Translations under genes and position numbers: made by a program
Assembly: GCA_965240325.2 (NCBI GenBank)
Contig: OZ251254.1
Location: forward strand, 496,001-560,000
Direction of reading: 5' to 3'
DNA from: Rebecca billardiae RCC1528
Lineage: Eukaryota; Protista; Haptophyta
Length of the DNA stretch: 64,000 nucleotides
Notes under the pieces: model-generated
Seen by the model: only the letters and a program-made list of their open reading frames with translations
Told to the model about the DNA's origin: nothing
The model's database searches: none
Part shown: piece after piece, positions 35,385-47,406 of the stretch
Numbering within the stretch: the stretch's first letter is position 1
Layout: each line of letters opens with the position of its first letter

Positions 35385-36919
35385 TCATGCGGACGTTGCC
35401 GCAAAGGACAGCTCGACCATGTCCGCCAGGATGCCCGCCGCCGTCGTCCCCGCGCCCGCGCCCGCGCCGCGCACGACCAGAGGGCTCTCAGGGTACCTGC
35501 ACCGCCCGGCGAGAAGAATAAATCCGGAATTCAGGAGAAAGGCAGGAAAAACAAATCACATGTCGCGCGTGGGAAGGGACGGTCGGGCGCGGCGCGCGGC
35601 GCGCGGCGGCGCGGGCGGCGGGCGGCACGGCGGGGAGGTCAGGCGGTGAGCGAGTGAGTGCGTGTGCGTGCGTGTGCGTGTGCGCGCGTGTGGGTGTGTG
35701 CGTGTGCGCGCGTGTGGGTGTGTGCGTGTGCGCGCGTGTGCGTGTGTGCGCGTGTCCGTGTGTGCGCGTGTGCTTGTGTGCGTGTGCGTGCGTGTGTGCG
35801 TGTGGGTGTCGGCGCACGCACAAGCGGCAGCTGCGCGAGGGCGCGGCAGCCGCGCCCTCCGCACCGCGCGCGGGCGGGCGCTCGGCAGCGCGCGCCGCGC
35901 GCGCACCACTTGGTGTAGAACTCGACGAGGTTGTCCGTCCCCGCCAGGCTCCCGAGCGGCGAGCCGAGCGGCACGGAGGCGGGGCCCACGGTCAGCTTGC
36001 CGCCCTCGATCGTGGCTGCGTACCGAAGGGCCTCGCCCTTGGCGGCGGCGGCCTTCGCCTTCTCGGCGAAGGAGGCGTCGAGCTCGGGCAGCCGCTTCAT
36101 GAACTCGTCGACCGAGAGCGCCCCGAACGCCTCCGGGTACAGCGGCGTCACCGCGACGTCGGCCATCTCGAGCCGCCACCCCATACCGCGCGCAATGATC
36201 AACGCCTTCCGCGCGACGTCCACGCCGCCCAGGTCGTCGCGCGGGTCGGGCTCGGTGTAGCCGAGGCCCTTCGCCTCGAGCACGATCTCGGAGAAGGGGC
36301 GGCCCTGCTGCAGGCCGGTCATCACGTACCCGAGCGTGCCCGAGAACGTGCCCGCCACGCGCGCCACCGGGTCGTGCGACGCGCTCAGCCGCTGCAGCGC
36401 GGCAATCACTGGGAGCCCGGCACCCACCGTCGACTCGTGGCGGACGCGGTGCATGTGCCGGGCGGGCGTGCCGACGAGCGCGTCGTACGCGGCCTGGGAG
36501 CCCGAGAACGGCTTCTTGTTCGCGCACACCACGCGCTTGCCCGTCTCGAGCGCGCGCCGGAGCGCCGGCACGGTGTCGTCCGTCGCCGTGCAGTCGACGA
36601 CGATCGTGTCGGCCGAGAGGTTGCTCACGAGGCCGAGGAGGAAGTCGGCGGCGCTCTGGCCCTCCGCGCGCGCGACGGTCTCGGCCGACGCCAGGTCTGT
36701 CAGCCGCTTCCCGCCCTCCTTCGCCGCCATCGCCTCGCGCAGCTTGGCGTCGGCGAGCGACGGCGCGACGAGCGCGCCGGACGAGTCGGCGACGAGGCAC
36801 GCGTTGAGCCAGAGCCCGTAGGTGGAGGCGTGGTGGTCGCGCGAGGAGACAATCATGTCCAGGAGCCCACGGCCCACGCCGCCCACGCCGATCAGCGCGA
36901 AGTTCGCCGTGCGGCTCAT
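35385..36919 (-). CDS. HOM6: Monofunctional homoserine dehydrogenase. Exons 36919-35907 and 35496-35385
   Basis: [87 protein letters not shown]|[25 protein letters not shown]. Confidence 0.95.
35654..35808. repeat. Alternating purine-pyrimidine (GT/GC)n microsatellite in the homoserine dehydrogenase intron
   Basis: gtgcgtgtgcgtgcgtgtgcgtgtgcgcgcgtgtgggtgtgtg...; a similar tract lies at 52741-52822. Confidence 0.8.
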
Positions 36920-37191
36920 GGCGAGAGGTGCCGAAAGGGGGATGGATGCGCGGAGGTGGCGATGGCCGCGAGCTTGTCGCTGCCGCCGCCTCTTCCACCT
37001 CCACCCCGGACTTCGGCCCTTGCCCGGACGCACTTTGGCTGGTGTTGCCCCGGAGTGGTTCAGATCGCCTCCGTGTTATTACTGGAGATACCGCGTGCGT
37101 AATTGGCCATGACGTTGTACTGCGCGCCCAGGACCGAACGAGTGCGACGACGAGAACGACCGGAGAACGCGTGGCCCGTCGATCGGAGGAA

Positions 37192-38142
37192 ATGTTGCCG
37201 CCGGCCTTCTTCGCGCTGGCCGCCGCGGGCGCGGTGCGCGGCGCGGCGCTCCTGCCGCGCGCATCGGCGTTCAAGCCGCATATCCTCGCGACCGCCTCAG
37301 CCGGCCCGTCGAGCCCGTCCGCCGTGCGCATCACCGGCGACGCCAACGGCGAGGTGGTCGCCGGCGAGGTGTTGCGAGTCGCGTACACGCCGCCCGCGGG
37401 CGCGGGGTTCCGCGAGGGCGCCAGCCTGACGCTCGCCGGCGGCTTCAACGACTGGGATCCGGAGGACGCCGAGAACCACGCCGACCAGCGCACGCAGGTG
37501 CTCCTCACGCCCGACGCGAGCGGCGGCGGCGGGCTCAGCGGCGCCGTCGCCCTTCCGCTGCACGCGCGCTCGCTCACGTTCGGCGTGACGGACGGGATCA
37601 AGTGGGACACGAACGAGGACGCGTGGTACCGCGTGCACGTCGACCTGATCGCCCAGCCCGACGGCGACAAGGGCATCAAGCTCCTCCGCCAGCTGCCCGA
37701 CGGCGCCGTCGTGCCGCTCGACGGCGCGCCGCTCGGAGCCGAAGACGGCTCGGACGCGGAGCAGGACCAGTCCGATGTGATGAGCTCGATCAACCCGAGC
37801 AAGGTGCTCGACCCGGAGGTGGAGCGCGCGGTGCAGGAGAACCGCGCGCGCGCCGCCGAGGTGGGCAAGGACGCCGGCCTCTCCAACATGGCGATCAGCG
37901 AGGCGCGGATGGCGTTCGAACGGCACGCGCTGCCGCCGGCGCACACCGAGCTGCCGGCCGAGCGCCTGCTGACGGTGCTGGGCGCTGACGGGCTCGGCTT
38001 CGAGATGTCAGAGGCGGAGCTGACGGAGAGCCTGGGGCGCAACGGCGTCGAGCTCAGCGCGGGCGAGCCGCTCAGCATCGTCGACTTCATTCGCGTCTTC
38101 GCCGCCCTCGAGCAGGACGGCGTCGGGCTCGAGATTGTCTGA
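37192..38142 (+). CDS. Probable plastid-targeted protein with CBM53/CBM25-like glucan-binding module and degenerate EF-hand-like C-terminus
   Basis: Presequence MLPPAFFALAAAGAVRGAALLPRASAFKP; LRVAYTP..LTLAGGFNDW..VALPLHARSLTFGVTDGIKWDTNEDAWYRVHV; ISEARMAFERH..LLTVL..LGFEMSEAEL..LSIVDFIRVF. Confidence 0.7.
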   Translation: MLPPAFFALAAAGAVRGAALLPRASAFKPHILATASAGPSSPSAVRITGDANGEVVAGEVLRVAYTPPAGAGFREGASLTLAGGFNDWDPEDAENHADQRTQVLLTPDASGGGGLSGAVALPLHARSLTFGVTDGIKWDTNEDAWYRVHVDLIAQPDGDKGIKLLRQLPDGAVVPLDGAPLGAEDGSDAEQDQSDVMSSINPSKVLDPEVERAVQENRARAAEVGKDAGLSNMAISEARMAFERHALPPAHTELPAERLLTVLGADGLGFEMSEAELTESLGRNGVELSAGEPLSIVDFIRVFAALEQDGVGLEIV

Positions 38143-38655
38143 GCTGTCTGAGCACGGCGATGCCGATGCCGATGGCGATGAGCAGCCGACTGTCCGACTC
38201 GCGTCCGTTTGTGACGTTGGCAGCGTCGTCATCCAGGGTGCGCGCGTTCGTCGGTCGTCCGCAGGCGGTCCGTGGCGGGAGCACCAGCCGACGCGTGTGA
38301 TGTATGCCAGTACTTGAGGCGTGGTGAGTTGCCACTCGTCACAGATGGCGGGATCGTAGTCCGCTGAACGACGTCTGAGGCGCAGAGGCGCGCACGCATG
38401 CAGACTGGATACTGTCGGCGTCGACTGCCACTGACTCTGAGACTGAGTCTCACTCAGGTGAACGTCGCCTCGCGCGGGGCTTGCCCGCTTGGACCGGCAC
38501 GGCAGTGAGCAGCGCGGAACGTGTAACGAACTATGACATCAGCAGGTTCCTGGTCCTCTCAGTCTTATCGTCTCCACGCAGGGTGGCCCCCGCCCTCGGT
38601 TGCTGCAGTGGGCACGCCCGCGCTGCTTGCGGCGACCACGCGCGCGCCCGTCGGC

Positions 38656-41600
38656 ATGGCGACCCGGCCGCGGCAGCCCAGGCCGGGCACGGCCGGCTTG
38701 CCCAAGGCGAGCCTGCCCGGCACGCTCGTCAAGGAGGAGGGCTCCGCGCACGCGCTCGAGATGCTGCGCACGGCGGTCGGGCGCTCACGGCACCTCGACG
38801 GCCTGAGCGCGCACGCGCTCGAGCACCTCGCGCGGATCTTCGCGTTCGTGCGCTTCGAGGCGGAGGAGGTGGTGATCCGCGCGCGCGAGCCCGCCACGTG
38901 GTGCGGCATGATCCTCGAGGGCGACCTCGAGGCGCGCGACGACTCGGGCACGTCACTGAGCGTGCTCGGCCAGGGCGCGCTCATCGGCGAGGTGGCGCTC
39001 TTCTTCGGCGGGCACCGCACCGCGTCGATGGTCGCGCTCACGCCGGGCCACCTGGCGTGCATCTCCAGCCGCGAGCTCCACCGCTGCCTCGCCACGGACC
39101 CCGAGATCGGCGTCGCGCTCATGCGCTCGCTCGCGCGCTCGGCCCTTGTCTCCGTGGGGCCGAAGAACGTCGAGTCCGCCCGGCTGGCGTGGATGGGCTC
39201 GGTGTCGGCGGACGGCACGCTGAACACGGAGAGCGGCGAGACGGAGGCCGGGCTGCTCCGCGCGCAGCTCGACAACTGGGTGCGCTCCGACTTTGGCGCC
39301 AACTTTGAGCTCACGCCCGCCCAGATGCGCGAGATCGCCGACGAGCTGCAGCTGTATGGGTACCGCTCGGGCGAGCGGCTGCTCCGGCGCGACGGGCGGA
39401 TGGACTTCGTGCTGGTGGTGCTGTCCGGCTCGATCGGGTACGCGGTGGGCGGGCACGTCGTGCACACCGTCGGCCGCGGCTCGATGCTCAACGCGCGCCT
39501 CTTCGTCGACGACCACGCCGGCTCACGGTACGACCTGGTAGGCGTGGACGGCGGTTACGTCGGCGGGCTGTCGTTTGGGTCGGTGGAGGCGCTGTGCGCG
39601 CGCTCGGCGGAGCTGGGGCTCTCGCTGACGAAGGCGCTGGGGTGCGCGGCGGTCGAGGCCGTGCTGATGGAGGTGGGCACCGAGGCGCGCGTCTCCCGCC
39701 CCCGCGCCAAGGCGAGCGGGATGGAGTCGTACCTGCGGAAGAAGCTAGAAGCTGCCCAGGCGGCGAACGAGCGAAGACGAAGCCTAAGAGCGGGCGGGGG
39801 CGGCGGCGGGGACGGCGCGTCGTCGGCGCACGTGGCGAGCGCGGACGAGCTCGCGGCGGAGCGGCACCGCACGCGCACCGCCGCCATCCTCGCGCAGAAG
39901 TATGAGCGCGAGAACGCCGCCCTCCAGGACTCCAACCACCACCTGCTCGGGCGCGTGGCTGAGCTCGAGGCCGCGCTCCGCTCGCGCGGGCTGCTCAAGG
40001 CCGATGGCAGCCTGGTTTCGTCGAGTGTGTCCGACGAAGCGCGGATCAGCTCGGTCGAGGCGGAGCGGGACAGCCTGCGGCACAAGCTCGATGAGCAGGC
40101 CGTCGAGCTGGACGCGCTCCGCGCGAGGCAGGCCGAGATGCAGGCCGAGATCGACGATCTCGAGGCGGAGGTGCAAGAACTTTCCGGAGACGGCGGCGCG
40201 GAAGGCGGCGGGCCGGCAGCGGGCTCGGAGCACGGTTGGGGCGGCGCGGGCTCGCCGCCGGGCAGCGAGCCGGGCACGCCCTCGCGCGCGGCGTCGGCGC
40301 GGGGGCGCCGCGGCTCCTTCCTCCCGAGCGGCTCGCCCGCCGCGCGGCGCACGGCGGCCCGCCACAACCGCCGCCGCTCCACTCGAAACAGCGTGGCCGC
40401 CGCAACGGCCGCCGGGCCTCCGCTGTCGCCCGACGGCGGGCGGCGCGCCGGCGGCGGCGGCGGCGGTGGGGGCGGCAGCTTGGCCCTGACCGCCGCGACC
40501 GAGCGCGCCAAGACGCTCGAGCTGCACGTCGAGCGGCTCACCACCGAGCTCGCGGGCGCGCAGCTCGCCTTCCAAGACCGCGGCCGGCAGTTACTGGATA
40601 CCGTTACGGAGGCGGAGGCCATGCGGGTGGACCTGCTGCGCGAGCGAGACGCGCGCTCGGCGACGCAGGCGCGGCTGCACCAAAGTCTGAACCGGCTCTC
40701 GGAGGTGCAGAAGCACTCGCAGCTCGTGCAGCACCGCAACGTCGAGCTGATGCAGTCCTCGGGCGTGCAGGTGCTCGTCGTGATGCGCGCGCTCGTCGAC
40801 GTCGACGCCGAGAGAGATTCTCTGGAGAAGGAACTCCGGCGGCAGGCGGCCGCAGCCAAGGAGCACGGGCTGGCTTATCGGCTGCGCGTGCGCCTGCTGC
40901 TCAGGCGGGCAGAGCGCGCCGAGGCGGACGCCGCCGAGGCGCGCGAGGGCCTCGCCGCGCTCCAGGCCGCGGCGCGGCACGACTGGCGCACCGAGCTGGC
41001 GGGCGCGCGCGCCGAGGCGGCAGAGGCCCGCGCGGCACTCCAGGGCTCGCTCGCGCGCCAGCGAGGGCTCAGCGCGAGCCTGGCGGCGGCGGAGGCGCGG
41101 GAGCGGGAGGCGCAGGACGCGGCGGTGGAGGCGGCGCTCGAGGCGGAGGACTTGGGCAAGGCGCTCGGCGCGCGCGACGCGCGGCTGCGCGCCCTGCACG
41201 CGCAGCTCGGCGCCTCGCGCCGCGAGATCGACCGCATCCGGCGGCGCGTCAGCCTGAGCCACGACCACGCAACCACCGAGCCGCTTTTTTTCGCGCTGGA
41301 CACGATGGAGGCAAGGGTCCGGGAGCTGGAGTCCGGCTTCGGCCCGCTGCTCGCGGCGGGCCCGCTCGGCGACGGCGGCTCTGCGCTCACGGGCTCGGAC
41401 GGCAGCCGCTGGGCGTCGCCGCAAGGCAGTGCCCTCAGCGGCGCGCACGCGGGCGCGCGGCCGAGCCGTCGCTCGCGCTCGCCGCCGCCGCCGAGCGGTG
41501 CGCACGGCTCGCTGTCCGGCGCATTGGCCTCGCCGCGCGAGCACGGCTCGTCGTGGGCGGCGGTGCGCCCGGCGACGGCGCCCGCGCGCAAGCACCTGCC

Positions 41601-42099
41601 GATGAGCGCGAGCCTCGGCGCCACCAGCGCGGTGAAGGGCGCGCTGCCCGCGCGACACCTCGGTGGAGCGCCCAGCGGCGACCGCGCGTCGCCGCCGCGA
41701 GCCCGCGCCGGTCGGTTCGCGGGCGCGAGCATGGCGGCGGCGCAGCCGGGCGGGGTGCGGCCGCGCACGGCGCCGATGCGCGCGCACCGCGGGCTGCCGC
41801 CGCCGGCGGACGCCCACGCCGGCCAGCTCGCCGCCGACGGCCAGCAGGCGGCGATGCTCGAGCAGCCGAGCAAGCAGCCGCCTGCCGGGAGTGGAGGAGG
41901 CGCTCAGCTGCGCGTCGTCAGCCGCGCGCCGACGCTGCTCGGCGCTGCATCAGGCTCCCAGTCCCAGGCGGCGGACGTTCACGTGGCGCCGGCGCAGGAG
42001 CGTCGTCCGCCGCTGGGCGCGGCGGTGTACCCGCCCTTCACGGGGCAGCTGGCGGCGCGCGGCGCGTCGGTGGTGACGGACCGGCGCTCGACGGGGTGA
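38656..42099 (+). CDS. Protein with two cyclic-nucleotide-binding domains followed by long coiled coils (intronless)
   Basis: FEAEEVVIRAREPATWCGMILEG..GALIGEVALFFGGHRTASMVA; YRSGERLLRRDGRMDFVLVVLSG; heptad-rich region about 39840-41340. Confidence 0.82.
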   Translation: MATRPRQPRPGTAGLPKASLPGTLVKEEGSAHALEMLRTAVGRSRHLDGLSAHALEHLARIFAFVRFEAEEVVIRAREPATWCGMILEGDLEARDDSGTSLSVLGQGALIGEVALFFGGHRTASMVALTPGHLACISSRELHRCLATDPEIGVALMRSLARSALVSVGPKNVESARLAWMGSVSADGTLNTESGETEAGLLRAQLDNWVRSDFGANFELTPAQMREIADELQLYGYRSGERLLRRDGRMDFVLVVLSGSIGYAVGGHVVHTVGRGSMLNARLFVDDHAGSRYDLVGVDGGYVGGLSFGSVEALCARSAELGLSLTKALGCAAVEAVLMEVGTEARVSRPRAKASGMESYLRKKLEAAQAANERRRSLRAGGGGGGDGASSAHVASADELAAERHRTRTAAILAQKYERENAALQDSNHHLLGRVAELEAALRSRGLLKADGSLVSSSVSDEARISSVEAERDSLRHKLDEQAVELDALRARQAEMQAEIDDLEAEVQELSGDGGAEGGGPAAGSEHGWGGAGSPPGSEPGTPSRAASARGRRGSFLPSGSPAARRTAARHNRRRSTRNSVAAATAAGPPLSPDGGRRAGGGGGGGGGSLALTAATERAKTLELHVERLTTELAGAQLAFQDRGRQLLDTVTEAEAMRVDLLRERDARSATQARLHQSLNRLSEVQKHSQLVQHRNVELMQSSGVQVLVVMRALVDVDAERDSLEKELRRQAAAAKEHGLAYRLRVRLLLRRAERAEADAAEAREGLAALQAAARHDWRTELAGARAEAAEARAALQGSLARQRGLSASLAAAEAREREAQDAAVEAALEAEDLGKALGARDARLRALHAQLGASRREIDRIRRRVSLSHDHATTEPLFFALDTMEARVRELESGFGPLLAAGPLGDGGSALTGSDGSRWASPQGSALSGAHAGARPSRRSRSPPPPSGAHGSLSGALASPREHGSSWAAVRPATAPARKHLPMSASLGATSAVKGALPARHLGGAPSGDRASPPRARAGRFAGASMAAAQPGGVRPRTAPMRAHRGLPPPADAHAGQLAADGQQAAMLEQPSKQPPAGSGGGAQLRVVSRAPTLLGAASGSQSQAADVHVAPAQERRPPLGAAVYPPFTGQLAARGASVVTDRRSTG

Positions 42100-42403
42100 C
42101 GCCACACCCGACGCAGTACAATAGCCTCACTCATCCCCGGTACCGGAGTGAGACATCATTGCAGTTTCTTGAGTGAGTCGCATCAAGGGCGTCGCATTGT
42201 CTGGAGCGAGTGTGCTAAAGACACATACATACGCGGAAGGATCCGGTTGCCTCCGCTCCGCCGCCCGTTGCCGGACTGCTGCGCTGGGAGCTGGCGGCCA
42301 GCGCTCCACGCGGCGGAGGGTGGCGGGAACCCAAACGCAGGCGGCGGGCGGCCCAGCTGGCGCCCGGATCTCCGATTCACCGCCGCCGCCGAGCTCGAGC
42401 GCC

Positions 42404-43297
42404 ATGCTGCGGCAGGTCGACGACTGGTTCGTGACGCTGGAGAACCGGCTCGACCGGGTCACGCCCGCCGATCGCTCGCTCTGCGGCCTCAGCTTGCGTA
42501 ACGCCGTGATGGCCGGCGCGGTGCTGATGGCGGTGATGGGCTGCTACTTTCTCATCCTCTCGCCCTACTCGATGATCAGGGCTGCGCACTCGCTGTTCAA
42601 CACGCGGAACCAGGGCGTGATGGCGGAGTGGGCCTTCGTCTACGTCCACCTCTACCTCATCTGCCTGCACCTCCTCACAACCGTCTTCCTGCTCTACGCC
42701 GTGCCGCTCTCCGTGCTCGCGTGCCGCTCGGCGTATTTGCACGAGACGAAGTACCTGCGCTCGTACTTCAGGATGAACGTGCAGGTGCGCGCGGGGCGTG
42801 CGCGCGCGGCGTCGCGACGCCCACCCGCCGCGCCCACGCCGCGCCCACGCCGCGCCCACGCCGCGCGCCGCCTGCTCTCGCGCGCGCCGCCCGACCGCGC
42901 ACTGCTCTGTGCGCGCCGCCGACCCGCGTGTCGTCAGACGGTGCTTCTGGTGGTGATGGGCGCGTTCTTCAACCTGCTGCTCGACAACACGGTGTGCATG
43001 ATGCACGGCGTGCCGATCGACGAGCCCGACTCGTACTACGCCGGGCCCGGCGGGTACGACCCCAGCGACGACGAGCACTGCAATTTCGGCAGCAATCTGT
43101 TCAAGCTCGTAGCTTTTGGCGGCTTTGCGGTGCTCTATGTGTATTTGGCGTGGATTACGTACTGCTACCGGCGCGAGCAGGAGCAGGGGTCGCAGCTCGA
43201 CGACGACGTGGTGCACATGGCGGAGGCCGCCGCGGCCGACATGCGGCGCGACCGCCCCATCGCGCCCATTGGGCCTGCGGGCGATGTCGAGCTGTGA
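42404..43297 (+). CDS. Small membrane protein with about 4 TM segments; intron 42785-42937
   Basis: Hydrophobic segments AVMAGAVLMAVMGCYFLIL, YLICLHLLTTVFLLYAVPLSVLA, TVLLVVMGAFFNLLL, LVAFGGFAVLYVYLAWITY. Confidence 0.8.
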   Translation: MLRQVDDWFVTLENRLDRVTPADRSLCGLSLRNAVMAGAVLMAVMGCYFLILSPYSMIRAAHSLFNTRNQGVMAEWAFVYVHLYLICLHLLTTVFLLYAVPLSVLACRSAYLHETKYLRSYFRMNVQVRAGRARAASRRPPAAPTPRPRRAHAARRLLSRAPPDRALLCARRRPACRQTVLLVVMGAFFNLLLDNTVCMMHGVPIDEPDSYYAGPGGYDPSDDEHCNFGSNLFKLVAFGGFAVLYVYLAWITYCYRREQEQGSQLDDDVVHMAEAAAADMRRDRPIAPIGPAGDVEL

Positions 43298-44162
43298 GCG
43301 CGCGCGCTGCCGGCTCGCCTCAGAACGGCCAGGCTGCGCGGCTCAGGCTGCGCGGCTCAGGACGGCCACTGCACGACTGGGGCGCCGGCGGGACCGGCTC
43401 ACACGTGCGCGCGCCCGCTCGTGGTGGCGGCCATCGTCACCCTGTGCATGCCCTTCCCGATCTGCTGGGAATATCCACGCTACCGGCGCTCAGCAGCAGA
43501 ATCCCTCGCACAGGGTCCGAGCAGCTAGCTGAGCTCACTGCTCAGCCGCATGATCTCCGGAGGCCGGATGGCCGATCCCGCGGGGACGCGGAGCGGACGT
43601 GACGCATGTATGGCTGCGGATGCCACGTGCTGTAACGCGTACGACGTCGTCGCGCGTCGTGCTGATCGGAGTACTCTGTGTCGCGATAAGCAGCTGATCA
43701 GGCAGGCTGATGGCGCCAACTATATATCAGCATCAGTATCGGGCTGGCGGCCGCTGAGCACCCGCGGTCTGGCGGCCCGCGACGCGGCCCGGGCCGTGCC
43801 GCTGACTCGCTGTCGCCGACTCGCTGAGTGACGGAGGCTCGGTGTCACCGGGCCGAGTCCGCCCGAACTCATCAGTCGTCGCCGGACCGATCGACTGACG
43901 ACAGATTATCAATCTGCTGCCGATCGATGCCACTTTGAAACGTTAACGAGTCCCGTTGTCGTTGCAAGCCGCGCAAGTCGTCGCGCGCGGCCCTCTGCGG
44001 CGACTGCGGAGTGCGGTCAGACGAGTGCGGTCAGACGTGAGACGGATCGATCCGACACGCGTGGTCTCTAAGTGGCCCGCGCGCGCGCGAACAAGTGGGC
44101 CCCGACGTACGCAGGCAGCACAGGCGGGGCCCGCTGCACGCCCCAGTCGCGCCCAGGCAGCC

Positions 44163-45222
44163 TCACGCGTGAAGCAGCGACCCCGTGTCATCCGCACTGG
44201 CCGCGGCCTGCAAGGGCTGCGTCGGCCGACCTGCCTCCGGCGGCCCCGCCGCCGCTGCGCTGCCCCGCCGCCGCTCGACGCGGAGCTTCTCCGCCACCTT
44301 GAGCTCGCGGCGCTGCTGCAGCAGCCGGCCGATCCGCTCGCCGAGCTGCTCGGCGTACTGCGCCTCGATCAGCGTGTACGGCTGCCCGCGCCACGCCTCG
44401 GACGGGCCGCCCATCCCGCCGCCGCAGAGGAGCAAGCCGCGCAGCCGACTCAGTAGCAGCTCCGCTGGCGTGTCCACGCCCCTCGCCTGCCGGGGGCGGG
44501 GCGCGGCGCGGGCGTGAGCGAGCGAGCGCTCGGGCGGCGCGGCGCGGGCGTCGCGCGCTCTCCCGGGCACGCACCACGCGCAGCTCGGCCACGTCCTTGG
44601 CGTGCGCGTGCGACGGGTGCGACCAGGCGAGCCAGAAGCGATAGCGCTCGTGAGGCCGCACTGACTCGAGCGGCACGGATACCTCCCCCTGCGAGGTGGC
44701 GAGGAGCATGGTGCAGTTGGCGCCGCCGGGGAGGAAGCGGCTGATGTCGCGCGGCGTCCTGCGCACGTGCACGTCCAGCCCGAGCAGCAGCGGCGCCTTC
44801 TCCTGCGCCTGCCCCGGGAACGGCAGCAGCTTCCGAAAGACGAACCAGCGGCGCCCGCTTGCCGCGGGCCCGGTGTAGAGGATGGCGACGGGTCCGAGCT
44901 GGTCGGCCCAGCCGGGCACGCCGGGGAGCGCGTGGAACGTCACGTTCTGCCCGAGGCCCTTCACGTACATGCGGTCCGACGGCTCGACCACCTTGTACAC
45001 GAGCCGGTAGCGCATCGCCGGCACCCGAGCGTAATGGATCCACGGCGGCACGCTCGCAAACCAGTGGTCCGAGCCCTCGGACTCATTGACGACGGCCTGG
45101 ACGAAGCGGGTAGCCTGGATGGACGCGCGCAGCAGCTGCTTCGCCTCGCTGAGCGACGACGTCGTCTTATCTGGCGCCAGCGGCGGGTGCGACGCCGCCG
45201 GGGCGGCCGCCTCTGCTGCCAT
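44163..45222 (-). CDS. Hypothetical protein. Exons 45222-44575 and 44486-44163
   Basis: Coding-like globular sequence; a phase-0 GT-AG intron joins ORFs 44188..45237 and 44163..44570. Confidence 0.72.
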
Positions 45223-45504
45223 ATTGGCGAGCGCCAAAAAAGCGGGTAGGCCGGCGGAGGACGGTTACATGCGCGCCCTCGATAAACCTTCTCGCCCAAC
45301 GGCCGCTGTTCCATTTCGGGCACGACGCACGACCAATAGATATCGGCTTTGGGCCGATTTGCCGATGCTCGCGTATGAAGACTTATTCGGGCTGGTGGTA
45401 CCCGCCTATTATTGTCGGCCGACTCAAGACGCCATCGCCCAGCTTGCAGGGCCCCGCCCGCCCGCCTACACCGGCCGGCGCGCGCGTGCGCGCGGTGTGC
45501 CGCG

Positions 45505-47370
45505 ATGCAGGACTTCGAGCATGCGTTCGATGCGCGCGTGCTCACGAAGGAGTTCGTCGTCACCCTTGACGACGTCGAGCTCGAGGACGCGCGCGACGAC
45601 ATGGCCGGGCTCATCCAGCGGTACCAACAGCACTTTGAGAGCGTCAACGGCCGCGCGCCGCAGCGCACGGAGATGGCGCCGGTCGCGCTCGAGCTGCGCG
45701 CGCTGGTGAACGTGACGAACGAGAAGAAGCGTCGCACCACCAAGCGCGTCGAGGACGCCGGCAAGCGCAACGCCCGCGACGCAGGCCGCGCTCCCACCTC
45801 CGCCATGGCCTCGCTCGGCGCGGATCAGGCGCAGGGCGCCGCGCTCACGAATGAGATCGTGCAGGTGCGCCGCGCCGCCGCGCGCGCGTGGGCCGGGCGG
45901 CACGGTGGTGGCATCGCGCGCGCTCAGCCGCCCCGCGCGCCCACCCCGCACCGCACGCGCCGGCGCCACCGCAGAGCGCGCAGGCGCGTGACGCCGCGGC
46001 CGTGGGCGCGACGGGCTCCGCCGCGGGCGACGGCGTGCAGAACGCGGGCGCGACGTCTTCGCTGGTGGACTCGGCGGACGTCGCGCGCGGGCGCGAGCAG
46101 CGCCCGCCCTCCGTCGGCATGAGCTCCGTGCAGAACCCCTTGGAGGGCTGCTGCGACGCGTTTACTCGCTTCTTACCCGGATCCGGGTACGGCGCGCGCG
46201 CGCGCGCTTGGATCTTGCCGCCGGCGCGGGGTCTGTGGCGGCGGCGGCGCCGCCCGGCGCGCGCGCGTGGCCCACGCGCCGCACCACCGCCCCCCTCCCC
46301 CTCGCCCGCGCGCGCGCTCCGCGCCGCGCAGCACGCTCGAGCTCGCGGTGAACTGGCTGCAATACCTCGCGCTCACGACCACGCTGATTATCGAGGGCGC
46401 GAATATCCGCGGGATCCGGATCAACGCGGACTGGGTGGCGGACTGGCAGGTGCGCGCGGCGCCGCGCGCGTCTGCCCGCGCCCCGCGCGGCGCGCCAGGG
46501 CTGCCTGTCCCTCCGCCCGTCGCGCGCGCGCGCGCGCGCGCGCGCATGCGCGGCGCCGCGCGCGCGCCCTCAGCGCGCGCGCCCGCCCCGCGCGCCCGCC
46601 CCGCGCGCGCGCAGTTCTACATGGCGTGGACCGCGCTCTTCAACTTCGACTTTGAGCTGCTGGCGCAGTACTACTCGGAGCTCGCGATCCTCGCGGACAT
46701 CTCGTGGAACGTGCGCCACCTCACGCTCACCGTGCTCGTGCCGCTCGTGTTCTCGTTCACGACTGTGCTCCTGATCAAGGACCTGCCGTCGACGGTGTGG
46801 ATCGTGGTGCTGACGGCGTCGATCATCGCAACGATCTTCACCGTCGCGGCGAAGGCGCTGCTCGACGAGCAGGCGAGCAACCCGGTGCGCGCGCGCGCGC
46901 CCGCGCGCGCGCCGCCCGCCCGGCGCGGCTGCTCACGGCGCGCGCGCGCGCTCGCGCCGCCGCCCGCCGCCGCGCCCGCCGCCGCGCCCGACGCTGCGCC
47001 GCGCACGGCCGCGCAGCAATACGCAAAGTACCTCGAGACGACGGACTACGTGCTGTACCTCTCGGTCGCCGGGCTGTTCGTCTGCCTCTGCTCGTACGCG
47101 GTGAAGAAGGTGCTGCTCCTGCGCGAGGAGAACAGGGCGCTGCTGTACGAGATCGACGAGATGCGATCTGGAGATTTTGCGGGAGACGCGCGCGGCCTGG
47201 GGTACGGACTCATCTCGGTGGGCTCGTCGCCGGTGTCCACGCCGCGCTCGTCGGTGTCCAACTCGCCCGTGGGCACGCCGCGCCGCACGCCGCGCTCCGC
47301 CGCCACGCCGCGCGCCTCGCAGGCCGCCACGCCGCGCTCGTCGCACGGCGGCGGCACCCCTCGCTCTGTG

Positions 47371-47406
<36 letters not shown>

